A DNA stretch of 64,000 nucleotides, taken from Octopus vulgaris. Lineage: Eukaryota. A program made the translations under genes and the position numbers. Positions 26,533 through 41,414 of the stretch are shown here, piece by piece. The notes under the pieces were generated by a model, which worked only from the letters and a program-made list of their open reading frames with translations, searched no databases and had not been told where the DNA came from. The stretch lies in the NCBI GenBank assembly GCA_951406725.2, contig OX597825.1, positions 26,102,001 to 26,166,000 of the forward strand, written 5' to 3'. Position 1 is the stretch's first letter. The number at the start of each line of letters is the position of its first letter.

Positions 26533-29126
26533 TACTATTAGGCTATAAAAATTTGTCATTCTGTCGGTTACGACGACGTGTGTTCCAGTTGATATAATCA
26601 ACGGAACAACCTACTCACGAAATTAACCTTCAAGTCGCTGATTACTCGAAAGACACGCGTACCCTTAACATAGTTATCAAGGAGATTCCGCGTGACACAG
26701 AATGGAGCCTTTGAAATACAGGTATAACTCACTTTTGCTAGCCGAGTGGACTGGAGCAACGTGAAAAAAGGTGTCTTGTTCAATTATACAACGTGCAGCC
26801 GCGTATCCACCTCACGACCTTACGATAGTGAACCGCAGATCCCTAATCTATAAGCCACGCACCTTAACTAGAATTAGGGTAACACATTCGTAGAGTATTT
26901 TGAATATTTGTGCATGTGTTTATTTTTTTCCTTAATTAAACAATAATGTATTATGCTCAATACAATATATATTAGAACTTAGATACAAATTGTTATTTGA
27001 AGGCTTCATTTTAGGTATAAGAAGAATATAAAAACGTTCTTTCTACCCTATTTATGTGCTAAAAAAATAGGAAGCGGGCCATTTCACAGTTTGTTGGCAG
27101 CTACTTCGATAAACGTATCATGTTTGTTTCCACAATCCATGGCATTTGTAATCTGCTATCAAACGAAATCATATGATATGCTAGCACTTTAGTGGACAAC
27201 CACATTTTTATATTTGGACATTTATCGACTACTGATTAAGTAGGACAATGTGTGTTTAGTCACAAAATCATCACATCTTTTTATGCTACTGGTGCACGGA
27301 AGGATAGAAAGAGGGAATCCTTCGTAACACAACGGAAAGTAAGAGTTACATATGTATTACAGTAAATTGGTTTACATTACCTTACAATATGACGGTCTGG
27401 TCTAATATAGCTGTGTATAATTTTATTTTCCGACATTCGTCCAACAACCTATCAACGTATCTACTTTCAGCATCCGGCTTTTGTCTGGGAACAAATGATT
27501 ATTAGGCGAAATGACGATCTTGACAGGGCATAGATAAGTTGATGTGATATTTCTTCAAAGAAATCTTAAAATTACTTTAATCTTCGCAATTTCTAAACCA
27601 GGATTTATTAATAACGTAGCTATCTCATTTTAATGAAACACCAAATCAAAGAGTATTTGTATCTATAGAAACAGATGGAAAAGTACAACTCATGAAAGTT
27701 TTCTATACAGCTAATGCATACTTAGTATTTGCAGCCAAACTAGACAAATATATTAATTCCCAATCAAACCATGACTGCGAACGGAAATGGATGTTTTACA
27801 ATGTGTCACTACAGAATTTAGTAAATCAAATAAAAATGACACAAACAGCTATATTGTTTTCTTTTTCATATATTAGGAAATTAATTCATTTCCTCTCATG
27901 AGATAATTATTTGTCATATTTAGATGTTTAGCCATTGTCCTAACGAATCATTTATTTCATTTCCTCGTGATACAGATCCCCAATCGATTTCAGTGATAAA
28001 GATAGATGAATAGTAACAAAAAAAGAAAAGAAAAGAAAAAAGAAAAGGACACAAAATTCGGAATATAAATGAAAAAGAAAATAACACAAAGCGAAGAGTG
28101 CAAATTCAACTGAAATGCTTCCATACTAATAAGAAACAATTTTTTTTTATTATAGAGATGGTTACCTGCAATACTTTTTCAGAGGTAAAAAATAAGATTC
28201 GCACGAATATAATTTTTATTACGCTTCTCTAAAGTGCAGTAACGTAGCATTACAGAAACTGACAACTAGAAATGAATTAATAAAATAATAAAATAAAAAT
28301 GTAAAAAATTAAACTTGATTATGCTACAAATCTACGTTTTTTGTTATCGTAGAATATGCGACATATCTTTTAATTCCATGTGACAGATGTAATTTGATTA
28401 CTTTATCTGTTGGCCCATTGCAATACGATTAACTGAAAAACGCCCCCAATCTTCCACCTCGCCATTGGAGGTTCGTCAAATCAATCATTGGTAATCCAAT
28501 TTTATCAGAAAGTTATTAATGGATTTGCTAAGGATGTCTTGGATTTGAAAATTGCGATATATTTTAGGTGATGTAATTAGTTAATTGAAATGAAGTCAGT
28601 ATGAGGACGGTTCTTCAATAATCAAATTCTGATAGTGGATAACTAAATATAATTAAAACCGGTGTGATTTCAACTCCATAAGTAGAGAGCAAGGAGAGAA
28701 AATAAGATATGTCAGTTGAACGAGACGTGACAAGTATTAGCAAATCACTAGCTGCGTTTAATAACTTGTTTAGTTTTTTTTACACGGAACAAACCTGTCT
28801 CGGTCGCAAGTGCTGAACTTTCTGAATCCAAAAATATTTAAGTAAAAATAGCACACTCTAGGAAACGTGTTCGGTGTAACTGGGTACCACATTATAGCAC
28901 TATTTTATTCTGCTTCGAAGAATATTATATTAATGGGAACAATTATCGCCAATGTGGAGATTAAACATTTAAATATATTAAATTTGATAGTTCATTACCT
29001 ACATTAAATTTCTGTGTTGAAGTAACTTCGGTAATGAGATTACTTCTCTTGGTACTCAAGGTTCAAATCACATTATTAAAATTTAAATACACCAGAGGAT
29101 ATTAATATATGTAAGTTATACATCAT

Positions 29127-29466
29127 GCGTAGGAGTGGCTGTGTGCTAAGTAGCTTGCTTACGAACCACATGGTTCCGAGTTCAGTCCCACTACGTGGTA
29201 CCTTGGGCAAGTGTCTTCTACTATAGCCTCGGGCCGACCAAAGCCTTGTGAGTGGATTTGATAGACGGAAACTGAAAGAAGCCCGTCGTATATATATATA
29301 TAGGTGCAGGAGGGGCTGTATGATAAGTAGCTTGCTTACCAACCACATGGTTCCGGGTTCAGTCCCACTGCGTGGCAACTTAAGCAAGTATCTTCTACTA
29401 TAGCCTCGGGCCGATCAAAGCCTTGTGAGTTGATTTGGTAGAGGAAACTGAAAGAATCCCGTCGTA

Positions 29467-29511
<45 letters not shown>

Positions 29512-29732
29512 ATATGTTTGCGTGTCTGTGCTTGTTCCTCCAAAATCGCTTGACAACCGATGCTGGTGTGTTTACGTCCCCGAAACTTAGCAGTTCGGCC
29601 AAAAGGTCCGATGGAATAAGTACTAGGCTTCCAAAGTATAAGTCCTGAGGTCGATTTGCTCGACTAAAGGCAGTGCTCAAATGACCGCACTCAACTGACT
29701 GAAAGAAGTAAAAGAACAAGAGAAAAGAAAAG
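29127..29732 (+). mobile_element. SINE family A head (29127-~29290) followed by a full copy (29302-29732) starting in its (TA)n tract
   Basis: Two successive heads separated by (TA)n, and a single body and tail. Confidence 0.9.
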
Positions 29733-29745
29733 AATATATATAATA

Positions 29746-29957
29746 CAGTAATTCCTCGTCATATCGCGGTTCACCTATCGCGGTTCAGTCACTGAGGTTT
29801 ATTATTATGTTGCTTTGCATTTATAATAAAATAAATATATACAAATTATAAAAATAATTCAAAAAAGATATATTACCGTACTGTTTCTGTCTCGCGGATT
29901 TTCACCAATCGCGTTAGGTTATGGAACGTAACAACCGCGGTAATCGCGGGATTAGTG
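29746..29957. mobile_element. Tigger/pogo-like MITE
   Basis: TA|CAGTAATTCCTCGTCATATCGCGGTT ... AACCGCGGTAATCGCGGGATTAGTG: imperfect ~25-bp TIRs with an AT-rich interior. Confidence 0.7.
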
Positions 29958-30774
29958 CATATATATACATACACATTTCTGCTATATATATGTATATATA
30001 TATACGAGTGTGCTAAGTGTGCGTGTGTGTGTGGGCGTGTGGCAGGAAGTACACTCCTGTTCGTATGCAAATCTTTTTTTTAAAATTGCTTTTCGTCTTT
30101 CTTTTGAGAGTCCGGGAAAAAAAATCGGTGATAGCATATGAAATGAGAAATATAACAAAAGATACGGCCCAGCAATGAACCAAATACTAATAAAGTAACT
30201 TTTGTATAGATTCTTATGAAATCTCATTTCTTCACCACACAAATGGGAATAAGAAATAATTTATCTCATACAAAATTCATGAAACAGGTCATTCTTGCAT
30301 TGAAATATCTTTGCAGTACTTCCAGAAACTACCACATTTTCATTAATTCTATAATACCAAGTGAGACACAATACCAAGTAGTAACATACAATGCCAATAA
30401 CAATATTTACTTATATTTTATTTTCATTTTATCATGACATACTTTACGATAAGAAAGCTCCATTGTGGAAAATCAGTATAGTCGGTTCTGGTCACAAAAA
30501 TGAAGATTGCATTCAGCGAAACTGTTTGTTCCCGAACATCGAAACGAAGTCGCTACTTGTTTGCTAAACGGTGTTAGTGGTATAAGTAATTTCTTGTGGT
30601 TAATCGGAAGAATTGTTCCTTTAAGATGGGATTAGGTATATTATCACATTGACTCGTCACACAATGTCTACTAAACATAAATGCGAGCATACATACATAA
30701 TGCATGCTAGCATAAATACGTGCATAAATGATTAATTCGGCGCCTATTCCTGCTATGTTGACCCTGACATGTAT

Positions 30775-30828
<54 letters not shown>

Positions 30829-31022
30829 GAGGGTACTACTATTAGTAGATACCAACACGCTAAGAGGTTTTTCACGCTGACTACTGATAATTTCTTTTAA
30901 AGATTTTATCCTCAATTGTTAATATATATATATATATATATGTACAATGGCATACACATACCTGCATATACATAATTACATGCATATATACATACACATA
31001 CATACGTATATATATACATACA

Positions 31023-31058
<36 letters not shown>

Positions 31059-32265
31059 TGAAATTCTTTGTCTGTCTCCTCCCTATGCATTCTCAAACGG
31101 CGCGACCAAATCAAATCAAATTTTACAAGGTAACAGCAAAACACACTACGAATGTCAAATATGTAATTATTTTCATTCCGATTAAAACAGTATAACATTT
31201 TATAGAGTTAATCTTTCTATACTCGACTATACTACAAGACCACGAGGTCACATTTTGTATATCAGCGCATGTGTCTGAGAGCATATGTGTGTGGGTGTAT
31301 GAGTGTGTATGTGTCTGTGGACGAGCTTACGCGTTCGATTTTACAATACAACGTCGACAACGACGTCACATTTTGTATATGAGTGTGTATGTGTCTGTGA
31401 GTGTATGCGTGTTGGTGTAAGAGTGTGTGTGTGTGTCTGCGAATGCGTATGGGTTTCTGCCTTACGTACGTTATTGAACACACACATACATCTACACATA
31501 CTTATACATATGGGAAGAATTAAGTAACAATCATGTGAAAAGCTATGTATGTTTGTGTGTGTCTGTCTTCGTATATGTATGTGTGTGTCTGTCTTACTAT
31601 ATGTATGTCACATTTTATATATGAATGAGTATGTGTCTGTGAGGGCATGTGTGGCTCAGTTTATGTTTCTTATTCTACAGCCAAATCAGCAATCCACTGT
31701 CAGCCCTTCGCCTTCTACAAGATTTCAAAGGTTCACGTCCCACTTGCCGTCTCCTATTGTAGCCCATTTGCGGAATATACCCACTTACCTACAATATCTC
31801 CATTACACCTACATTCATTCGACTGTCAACCTTACGATGGGTTGTGTTAGTTGCAGTGCCGACGGCCACAAAAATTAAGTATGTCCACTGACAGTTTTTT
31901 CGGTGCGTTCAGATATCACTTACACCCAAACCTAATTTTGCATAACAGGATAGGGCCTGGATTCCTGACTATGAATGTATGACATGCCACTTAATCGAAT
32001 TAGCCCATCAGTTACACCACACATTTTTATCGTCAATGCTTCACTTTCCCGTGTCACCTGTTTCAGCATAATTGTAATATATATACAACCTATGACATTT
32101 TCATCCTGAGCAACGTCGAGTATCTCTGCTAGTACATACATACAAACATGCATACATGCATGCATATATACACACACTCAGACACACACACATATATATG
32201 TGCATATATACCATATATATATCGGATCAACTGGAACCCTCGTCGTAACCGACGGAGTGCCCACC

Positions 32266-32299
<34 letters not shown>

Positions 32300-32467
32300 T
32301 TATATACGATGGCCTTTTTTCAGCTTCGGTCTACCAGAACCAATCACAAGGCTTTGGCCGGCCCGCGGCTGTAATAGAACACACTTGCCAAAGGTACCAT
32401 GCAGAAGGGCTGAACCCGGAACTATGTGGCATGGAAGCGATTTCCTTACCACACAGCCACTCATGTG

Positions 32468-32470
<3 letters not shown>
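32300..32470 (-). mobile_element. SINE family A 5' half between (TA)n tracts
   Basis: CTTACCACACAGCCACTC, CTGAACCCGGAAC and ACACTTGCC motifs. Confidence 0.82.
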
Positions 32471-32564
<94 letters not shown>

Positions 32565-32568
32565 TAAC

Positions 32569-33180
32569 TTTTGAATAATTTACCCTAGGAAACATAGGTG
32601 TTTCGTTCAGCATCCTGAAATAACTGTTATTTAGGGACCTTTTGATGGGCTACTCGACATGAAGAAAATTCATGGGTCCTATTTGCGAGGTCTTGTGTTG
32701 TTTATCTTATTATGAAGTCACAATGCCACGCACATAGGATTATGATGCACGGGCCTGGTGTACCCTTATCAGTTTGTCATATACTTATATTGGGTTTCTT
32801 ACTCCAGCATCTTTTTGATGAGGTGTGTAGATCTCTCATTCAATAGTGATGATGATGATGATGATAATAATAATAATAATAATAACATCCTTAAACAACC
32901 CTTATTCAGGGACCGTTTGAGCGGGATGGGCTACTCAACCTGAAGAAAATTCTAACTGGGCCCCACCTGCAAGGTCATGTGCTGTTTATCTTGATATGAG
33001 ATCACCATGTCGCGCACATATGGTTGTGATGCATGTGCCTGGTGTACCTTTATCAGACGGGTAGTCATGATGGGTATATTGGGCTTCGTATATTTTACCC
33101 CAGTGTCACTTTGATGGCATGAACTGCTCTCTCACTCAATAATAATAATAATAATAATAATAACAATAATAATAATAATG

Positions 33181-33248
<68 letters not shown>

Positions 33249-33560
33249 CACAGATTTGCTTGTCAGTTGTTTGACCTTAACCAGTTTAGCATGTCCCTTA
33301 GTGGCTGACGATATGTGTTGAGAGGGATTCTTTGGGGTTTGAATAATTCACCTCTGGAAACATGGGTGGTTCTTTCAACATCCTTAAACAACCCTTATTC
33401 AGTGCTGTTTATCTTGATATGAGATCACCATGTCGCGCACATATGGTTGTGATGTATGTGCCTGGTGTACCCTTATCAGACGGGTAGTCATGATGGGTAT
33501 ATTGGGCTTCGTATATTTTACCCCAGTGTCACTTTGATGGCATGAACTGCTCTCTCACTC
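32569..33560 (+). mobile_element. Tandem array of three element-B copies separated by (AAT)n: old diverged (32569-32840), 32886-33137, and internally deleted 33247-33560
   Basis: Each ends ..CTCTCAYTC followed by AAT/GAT repeats. Homologous to the reverse complement of 4595-5143. Confidence 0.88.
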
Positions 33561-33579
33561 AATAATAATAATAATAATG

Positions 33580-33636
<57 letters not shown>

Positions 33637-33867
33637 GCCTTTTCTTAATTTGGCATATGGCCAGCAATTTCGGAAGAGGGGGAAATTGATTACATGGACC
33701 CCAGTTCTCACCTTCAGCACATTTTGGATACGAACGTAAAGACGAACGAAATACCGTTAAGCTTCTTGTCCAGCCTGCAAACGATCGTGCCAGCACACCG
33801 CCTTATTAGTAGTAGTAACAGTAGCAGCAGTAGTGGTAAAAGTAGTAGTAGTAGTAGTAGTAGTATT

Positions 33868-34098
33868 AAGGCGGCGAGCTGGCAGAAACGTTAGCACGTC
33901 GGGCGAAATGCTTAGCGGTATTTCGGCTGCCGTTACGTTGTGAGTTCAAATTCCGCCGAGGTCGACTTTGCCTTTCATCCTTTCGGGGTCGATAAATTAA
34001 GTACCAGTTACGCACTGGGGTCGATGTAATCGACTTAATACATATGTCTGTCCTTGTTTGTCCCCTCTGTGTTTAGCCCCTTGTGGGTAATAAAGAAA

Positions 34099-34100
<2 letters not shown>
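33868..34100 (+). mobile_element. SINE family B, intact, inserted in (AGT)n
   Basis: GGCGGCGAGCTGGCAGAAACG...GAGTTCAAATTCC...GTCGACTTTGCCTTTCATCCTTTCGGGGTCGATAAATTAAGTACCAG...AAAGAAATA, with AGT repeats on both sides. Confidence 0.93.
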
Positions 34101-34164
<64 letters not shown>

Positions 34165-35052
34165 CGGTGATGGTGGTAATATTAGTAGATGTAGTAATTC
34201 AATAATAATTAATATCTTCTAATACTCGTCAAATAGGCAGTTTAAACTATCCACTTTGAAAGTTTAATAGCAGTTTGCAGTTTGGTAGAGGTAGGAAATA
34301 GGCTGCGTCTTTTCTGGGGTGTAACGAACCAAGTACTATACACTCTGTTCTTATTCAAGTCATGTAAAATATAAACGGATTATGTATATATTTATATTTT
34401 TCGCAGATCCAGTATTTCTAATGTATTTCAGTGCATATTAGTCCTATCTTTGACGGTACGTTGTACATAAATTAGGTACCATTTAATTACTGCTCAAGTC
34501 GTTCAAAAGGATGACATGCAAATCAAATTATCTATTACTATTTTGTTAATGTTATTTCTAAATATATACTATAAAAATTATAACCAGCATCGATTTTTGC
34601 TACATCACTTCGTATCGAGACGTCGGCTATATACAAACAATGAAGTCTAAGGAAAAATGGGTAATGTGTGAATATTCCATATTTCGAGGGATTTTTGCCC
34701 CCTCATCATCATGTTTGGCATATACAGTCATTACCCGTTATTATTTTCGATCTCATGATTTGTTTACATCTGTGGTCCCGATACGAAACGTTGTAGCAAA
34801 AATCAGTGATGGCTTTAGAATATCTGTTGTAATATCGTTAACAAAAAATGTAAAAAGCTAATGCGGTAGAACGTGTTAATGATTTATAAAAAAACATTTA
34901 ATATACTTTATAGTATATTGTGTTGGCATAAAGATATACCAGGTACCTACAAATCATTAATATATATTACTATAGCTGCGCAAGTTTGGCAAGTTTATAT
35001 ACAACTCAATCTGTACCTGTTTACGAAGTATTTCTAATTTCAGAGAAAAAAA

Positions 35053-35554
<502 letters not shown>

Positions 35555-35845
35555 GAGGGTAGACTAATTTGATTTCGGCGCAAAACGAAACAGTTGCAGC
35601 GCAGATTTCAATACGGGTATTTGGGATCTCTTTTCATGGTAACACATGCTGATAAAGTAATTTATTTAATTACTTTGCCAATGAAGAAACCGGTCCATGT
35701 GAGTCCTTATACTTAAATGTACGACAAGAGATTTTATTAACCTAATCTGCTTTCGGTTGATTTCTGCTATCATCAGTGTAATTTTGGCGATTTAAATAAG
35801 AGTTTTGACTGTTATTTCCAGCAGGCAGACATACATATATATACA

Positions 35846-36003
35846 TGCAGGCATAGCTGTGTAGTAAGAAGCTTGGTTCCCAACCACATGGTTCTAGGTT
35901 CAGTGCCGCTGCGTGGCACTTTGGGCAACAGCCTTCTATTATAGTCCCGGGCCGACCAAGGCCTTGTGAGTGGATTTGGTTGACGAAAACTGAAAGAAGC
36001 CTG

Positions 36004-36076
<73 letters not shown>

Positions 36077-36335
36077 TTGTTTGTTTGTGTGTGTGTGTGT
36101 GTATGTGTGTGTATGTATATATGTGTGTGCGTGTGTCTTTGTTTTTGTGTCTCTGTTGGTCCCCCCACGATATTGGTGTGTTTACGTCACCTTAGTGATT
36201 CGGTAAAAGAGACTGATAAAATAAGTACCAGGCTTGCAACGAATAAGCCCTGGGATCGATTCCTTCGACTAATAGGCGGTGATCTATCATGGTCGCAGTC
36301 AAGTGACTGAAACAATGAAAGACTAAATGAATATA
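35846..36335 (+). mobile_element. SINE family A, full length, with expanded internal microsatellite
   Basis: Head, then (TA)n(TG)n at ~36003-36135, then body and tail. Confidence 0.88.
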
Positions 36336-36783
36336 AAAGAGTTATTAGTGACGTATTGTCAATCTGATCAAAATAATTTCTAAACACTCTGTTAGTACAC
36401 CAGGCTAACAATATTGTTTAGATTAGTGAAGAACTCTGCGTATTCTTTCGGTATAGTTTGAAATTATTGTTCATCATCATTCTGTATTGCAAATCCATGT
36501 TTGTGGTCCAGTTTAACTGGTATTTACACAAAGCGATATACAAACCAAGGCGTAAATGATGGTTTTTGCATATCTTTTCTCTGCTGTAGTAAATTTGACT
36601 TACGGATGTTGTCAGTGGTCATTTTAAGTTCGCTATTGATCAATGGGCCGATTGAATACACCTATCAATAACGAACATATAAGGTGTACGGCAAACAGCT
36701 GTAAGGAAAATTTACCCCAATAAAGAGAAATGACCATAACTTATGCCTTTGTGTTACACACACACACACACACAGACATACAC

Positions 36784-36848
<65 letters not shown>

Positions 36849-37515
36849 AGGTACACCAAGGGAAAATGAAAGAAACTAACAACATCAGTCTCTCACCGGT
36901 GACTTAGACATGTTGAGTTGGAGAAAATGAGCGCAGTTATTTAGAGTTCCGTAATTCTACTATCCGAAGAAAATTGTCGAAGAATTAATGTTTTTATAAA
37001 TCAAAAGCAAAATAGACTGACGTAGCTGCCCCTTGTCAGTTGAAGACTATTTGAAATATTTGATTTCGGTGCCAGTAGATTACGAACCACTTACTAAATT
37101 CCCAATATTACCGAAATTCTTATATTTTTGGTATTCATCGCTATTTACTTATATTTATATGTATTGTGACATTAGAGCGATGATTATTTTAGGCTTAGAC
37201 GCAAAACGTTGCAAATAACAGTTTCTGCATTACCAATATTCAAAACATTCACAAGTCCATTTCAACCGCCACTCCCCCATATTCTCCCGTTGGGCTTTTA
37301 ATATTAAAGTCAATACACGAATATATATGATAGAACAGAGAACAAAGAAATGAAATGAGTAAATGTTTGCAATTGAACTGAAGAGAACAAACATTATTTG
37401 ATAAATAGAATAATGAAATATGAGTTGGTAAAACAGCAACTCCCAAAGGAATTTTGCTTTAAATATATACATACGCACACACACACATCTACACACATAC
37501 ATATATACATATATG

Positions 37516-37561
<46 letters not shown>

Positions 37562-37584
37562 ATGTATATATATATGTATTATCT

Positions 37585-37988
37585 TTAACTGTTTTCAGTC
37601 ATTGGGCTGCGGCAATGCTTAGGCATCACCTTGTAAGGTTTAGTCGAAAAAAATCGAAGCCGGTAATTACCATATCGATTATCGATCTCGTTTTGCAAGA
37701 CTGCCGGTTGTTATGATGAGACAAGCAAACACACGCGCATACATACCCACACACAAACGCAAACACGCAACACTCTCTCTTTCTCTCTCTCTCTCTTACT
37801 CGAGCGCACGCACACACATACACGTACACATGATGAGCTATTTTCAATTCCGGCCAAACAAACCCACTCACGTGGCTTTTGGTGGACGACGTCTATATTA
37901 GAAGACACTTGTTCAAGGTGCCACGAAGCTAGCTGAACCCGAAACCACGTGGCTGGGAAGCAAACTTCTTACCACGGAGCCACTCCTA
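37585..37988 (-). mobile_element. Degenerate SINE family A copy
   Basis: TTTCAGTCATTGGGCTGCGGC (tail side) and GAAGACACTTG..CTTACCACGGAGCCACTCCTA (head side). Confidence 0.7.
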
Positions 37989-38038
37989 TAAGTCTATAAG
38001 TCTTCTACATATGAAACTATATCAAAACACATTCGCCT

Positions 38039-38111
38039 CTGTCTTGCCGGTAGTGGAACCCGGAACCTTGTGATTCGTTGTCACACGCTTTATCCATTGT
38101 GACGCAAGATA
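38039..38111 (-). pseudogene. tRNA-Arg(ACG)-like pseudogene or isolated SINE head
   Basis: Minus strand TCTTGCGTCACAATGGATAAAGCG-TGTGA-CA-ACG-AA-TCACA-AGGTT-CCGGGTTCCACTACCGG-CAAGA. Acceptor, anticodon and T stems largely pair, but U33, the A box and the B box are mutated. Confidence 0.5.
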
Positions 38112-38208
38112 AAAATAAAAATGCAAACTTTGGTGCCTGAAACCTGTTTCACGTATTATCGTTTTTCAATTTAGGTTACAGTATATTGATTACTGATAGA
38201 AACTATCC

Positions 38209-38560
38209 ATGCTGGGAACAACAGTTGCAGAAGTATTTTTTGGTACTTAAAGAGAGCATATTGTAAGTCACCCTCAGAGTGGATTTAGCCAGTGTCAGAT
38301 TGTTACCGTAGTCGACGGAGCTATTGTACAAATTTCCCAGCAAAGAAAAGGATTTAACACATTCCAGCTCAGGCCAACCTTGGCCTCTTGACTGGAGCCG
38401 TTGCGCTGTTAAGAGAATTGTTGAAAATAACTCTTGTTCTAGAGCAGCAGATGTTGCAGGACAACACCAAATGAGTTGAGGTACCCTTGTTACCTACTTG
38501 CATCGACTTGGCGACTATGAATGGATAGAAGAGGAAAATGGCTCGTCGACCAGTAAGTGT
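38209..38560 (+). pseudogene. Tc1-like transposase N-terminal (HTH) relic
   Basis: Manual translation REHIVSHPQSGFSQCQIVTVV...SGQP..AVKRIVENNSCSRAADVA..S*GTLVTYLHRLG, with stops; resembles the Tc1 GRP-linked bipartite DNA-binding region. Confidence 0.55.
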
Positions 38561-40050
38561 GCGAAAAAGGAAGGAAAAATAAATCTTTCAAAAATGATGT
38601 TATATATACGGAATTTTAAACAAAGAGCTAAAGAATAACAACTTTTTAACTGATTAGCACATACAACGTTGACGACATAGTGTCATAACAAATTAAACAA
38701 ATTAGATATAAATAACAATATATATATATATAAGAAATATAATACTAATGGCTATTATGTCGAATATATAAGCGTAAATCAATTTGTGTTAACGAGCAAG
38801 ACGGAATACAGTTACTAATATTTGATGTGCTGTCTGGAGAGTTATTGCCCCATCATAAAAGTGTCGGAAATATTTGCTAGAATAAAACTTGCGCATTTTA
38901 CAAAATGGAAATTGCATATACCATCACCAGTAGGAAAACTGAAATCCACCCTGCCAATATAAACTGGACTATGAAACAATTTATTTAAGAAGCGAAGGTA
39001 AATCTCGAGCGAGTGGTCTGGAAATGACACAATCTCATGAATATGAGACGGCTACCTTAAACACTATTCCCCCTCTCTCATAAAGCGATCGTCAGTGATT
39101 AGGGAAACAGATATTCCACAGTCTTCGCCAAGTAGATATGACATATGAAAGAAAGATATATATTGAAAGTTTCCACATCGACGGATCAATGAAGGAATAC
39201 AGGATAGTCTATATCCATCCATCAATGATGTGTATGAAAGTACTGTATGGTAGCCAAAGAATTAGATTCATAAAAAAAAGAAATCATAATTCCTAAATGC
39301 AAAAAAAAAAATAAATATCAATAAAACAATTTAATGATCAAACAATCGAGTTCAAATGAAAAGTTTATCCTGTTTAAAAAATACCTCACCGTGGCAAAGA
39401 CAATCAATATTTTGAACAGATTCTGATAAACACCTTTTTTATCAGTAACTTCGCAAACTTTCTCTAGTCTGCGAAGCGAATTTAATATTAGTTGCATCAA
39501 GAACATAACCAACTGTGCGCGTGCGTGTACGTGTACCCGCGTGTATACACCCACGCGTGCGCACACACAGACACATAAATATATATATATACATTTACCT
39601 ACATATATACACATATATACACACTCACACATAAATGTATAATACCATATATATAACTCACATAGGGAAATATGCTCAAGCGTGTGCAAGTATGCACGTT
39701 TTCATATAAATGTGCCTTTATACGTTGTTTATTGTCATAGCATGGTTCATACATATTTCCATGTCTTTCAAGTGCTTATGCGATTGCCAAATATGTTTGC
39801 ATTAGTTCTTTACACTGCAGGAGTTCAATATTTAGATAATTGTCGTTTGAGGTTTGTTAAAATAGTTGGAATATACCAGTTAACTTCGTACGCGTCATAT
39901 TGCAGGCATTCATAGGTAAATACATTTACATATAAATATATAAACATTTGCATACATACACAGACAAACATATATACAAGAGCGAGTGAAAAATTAATGC
40001 AAGTAAAATTGAATTCCTTTTTGATTCAGATGTTTGAGTGTGTTAGGGTG

Positions 40051-40083
<33 letters not shown>

Positions 40084-40252
40084 ATATATATTTATATATA
40101 TAATATAAATTTATATATATATATATATAAGATATATATTTATATATATGATATAAATGTTATGTGTATATATATATATATATAGATGTATATGATATTA
40201 TAATATATATATATATATATACATAACATTTATATCATATATATAAATATAT

Positions 40253-40500
<248 letters not shown>

Positions 40501-40772
40501 TTAAGAAAATTATTGCTTGATATTTCTGATCCACTTTAAACAGGTTTCTCAATGTCAACTTCCGGTATTGACAGAAAAACACCGAAGTATCTCACTCTAT
40601 TTTAATGCTCTTATTTCTATGTTTTTATTTCAAGTTTTAATTCACCATTTGTTAAGAATTACGATAAATTATTGAAACCAATATTTACTAAATTCACAAA
40701 TTTAAATATTCGTGCTTTTTTTTATACGATTTTTTCATTCCATGTTTATCTCATTGTTTGCAATATTATCTT

Positions 40773-40829
<57 letters not shown>

Positions 40830-41414
40830 TACTCCAGAAATGATTTCGGTATTACACAGATATCACATTAAATTTTTTGCAATTCAACATAAACGTCCAA
40901 AACATATGGGCATTTCGTAAATTTCCGTAAAAATGTTACTTACTTTCTTTTTGTACACCGGGTTCAACTCTATGTATTTGTAGTCATTCACACACGCGCA
41001 CGTGTGTTTTTGTATGTACGTTTGAATACCTTTATGTACGTGTGTACGTGTGTGTGAGTGGGTGAAGGTGTGTGTTGTCATGTATACGTACATACATAAA
41101 TACATATGTATACATCTTTTTTGTATGCATGTGTGCGGTTGTGTGTGTGAGAGAGTGATGTCTAAGTGGTTCTACCTATCTTTCTCTTTCTCTCTTACAC
41201 ACAAAATAAGGATGTATGATTATTTATTTAAGTATATATGACAACACAACCCTTCACTCGCTCTCTCACACATTCACACACATACACCCACACCCACCCA
41301 CATCCACTCATCTATTTCATCTCATGTTTGATAATGTTTGCATATGTATCTGTGTGTCTGTGTGTGTGTTTGTGTGTGCATGCATGTGTGCGGCGTTCTA
41401 CAATCGCCAGAAAA

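Noticed and set aside
32569-33636. Repeat-spacer appearance resembling a CRISPR array
   Set aside because: The units are homologous retroelement copies separated by (AAT)n in eukaryotic DNA, with no cas genes.
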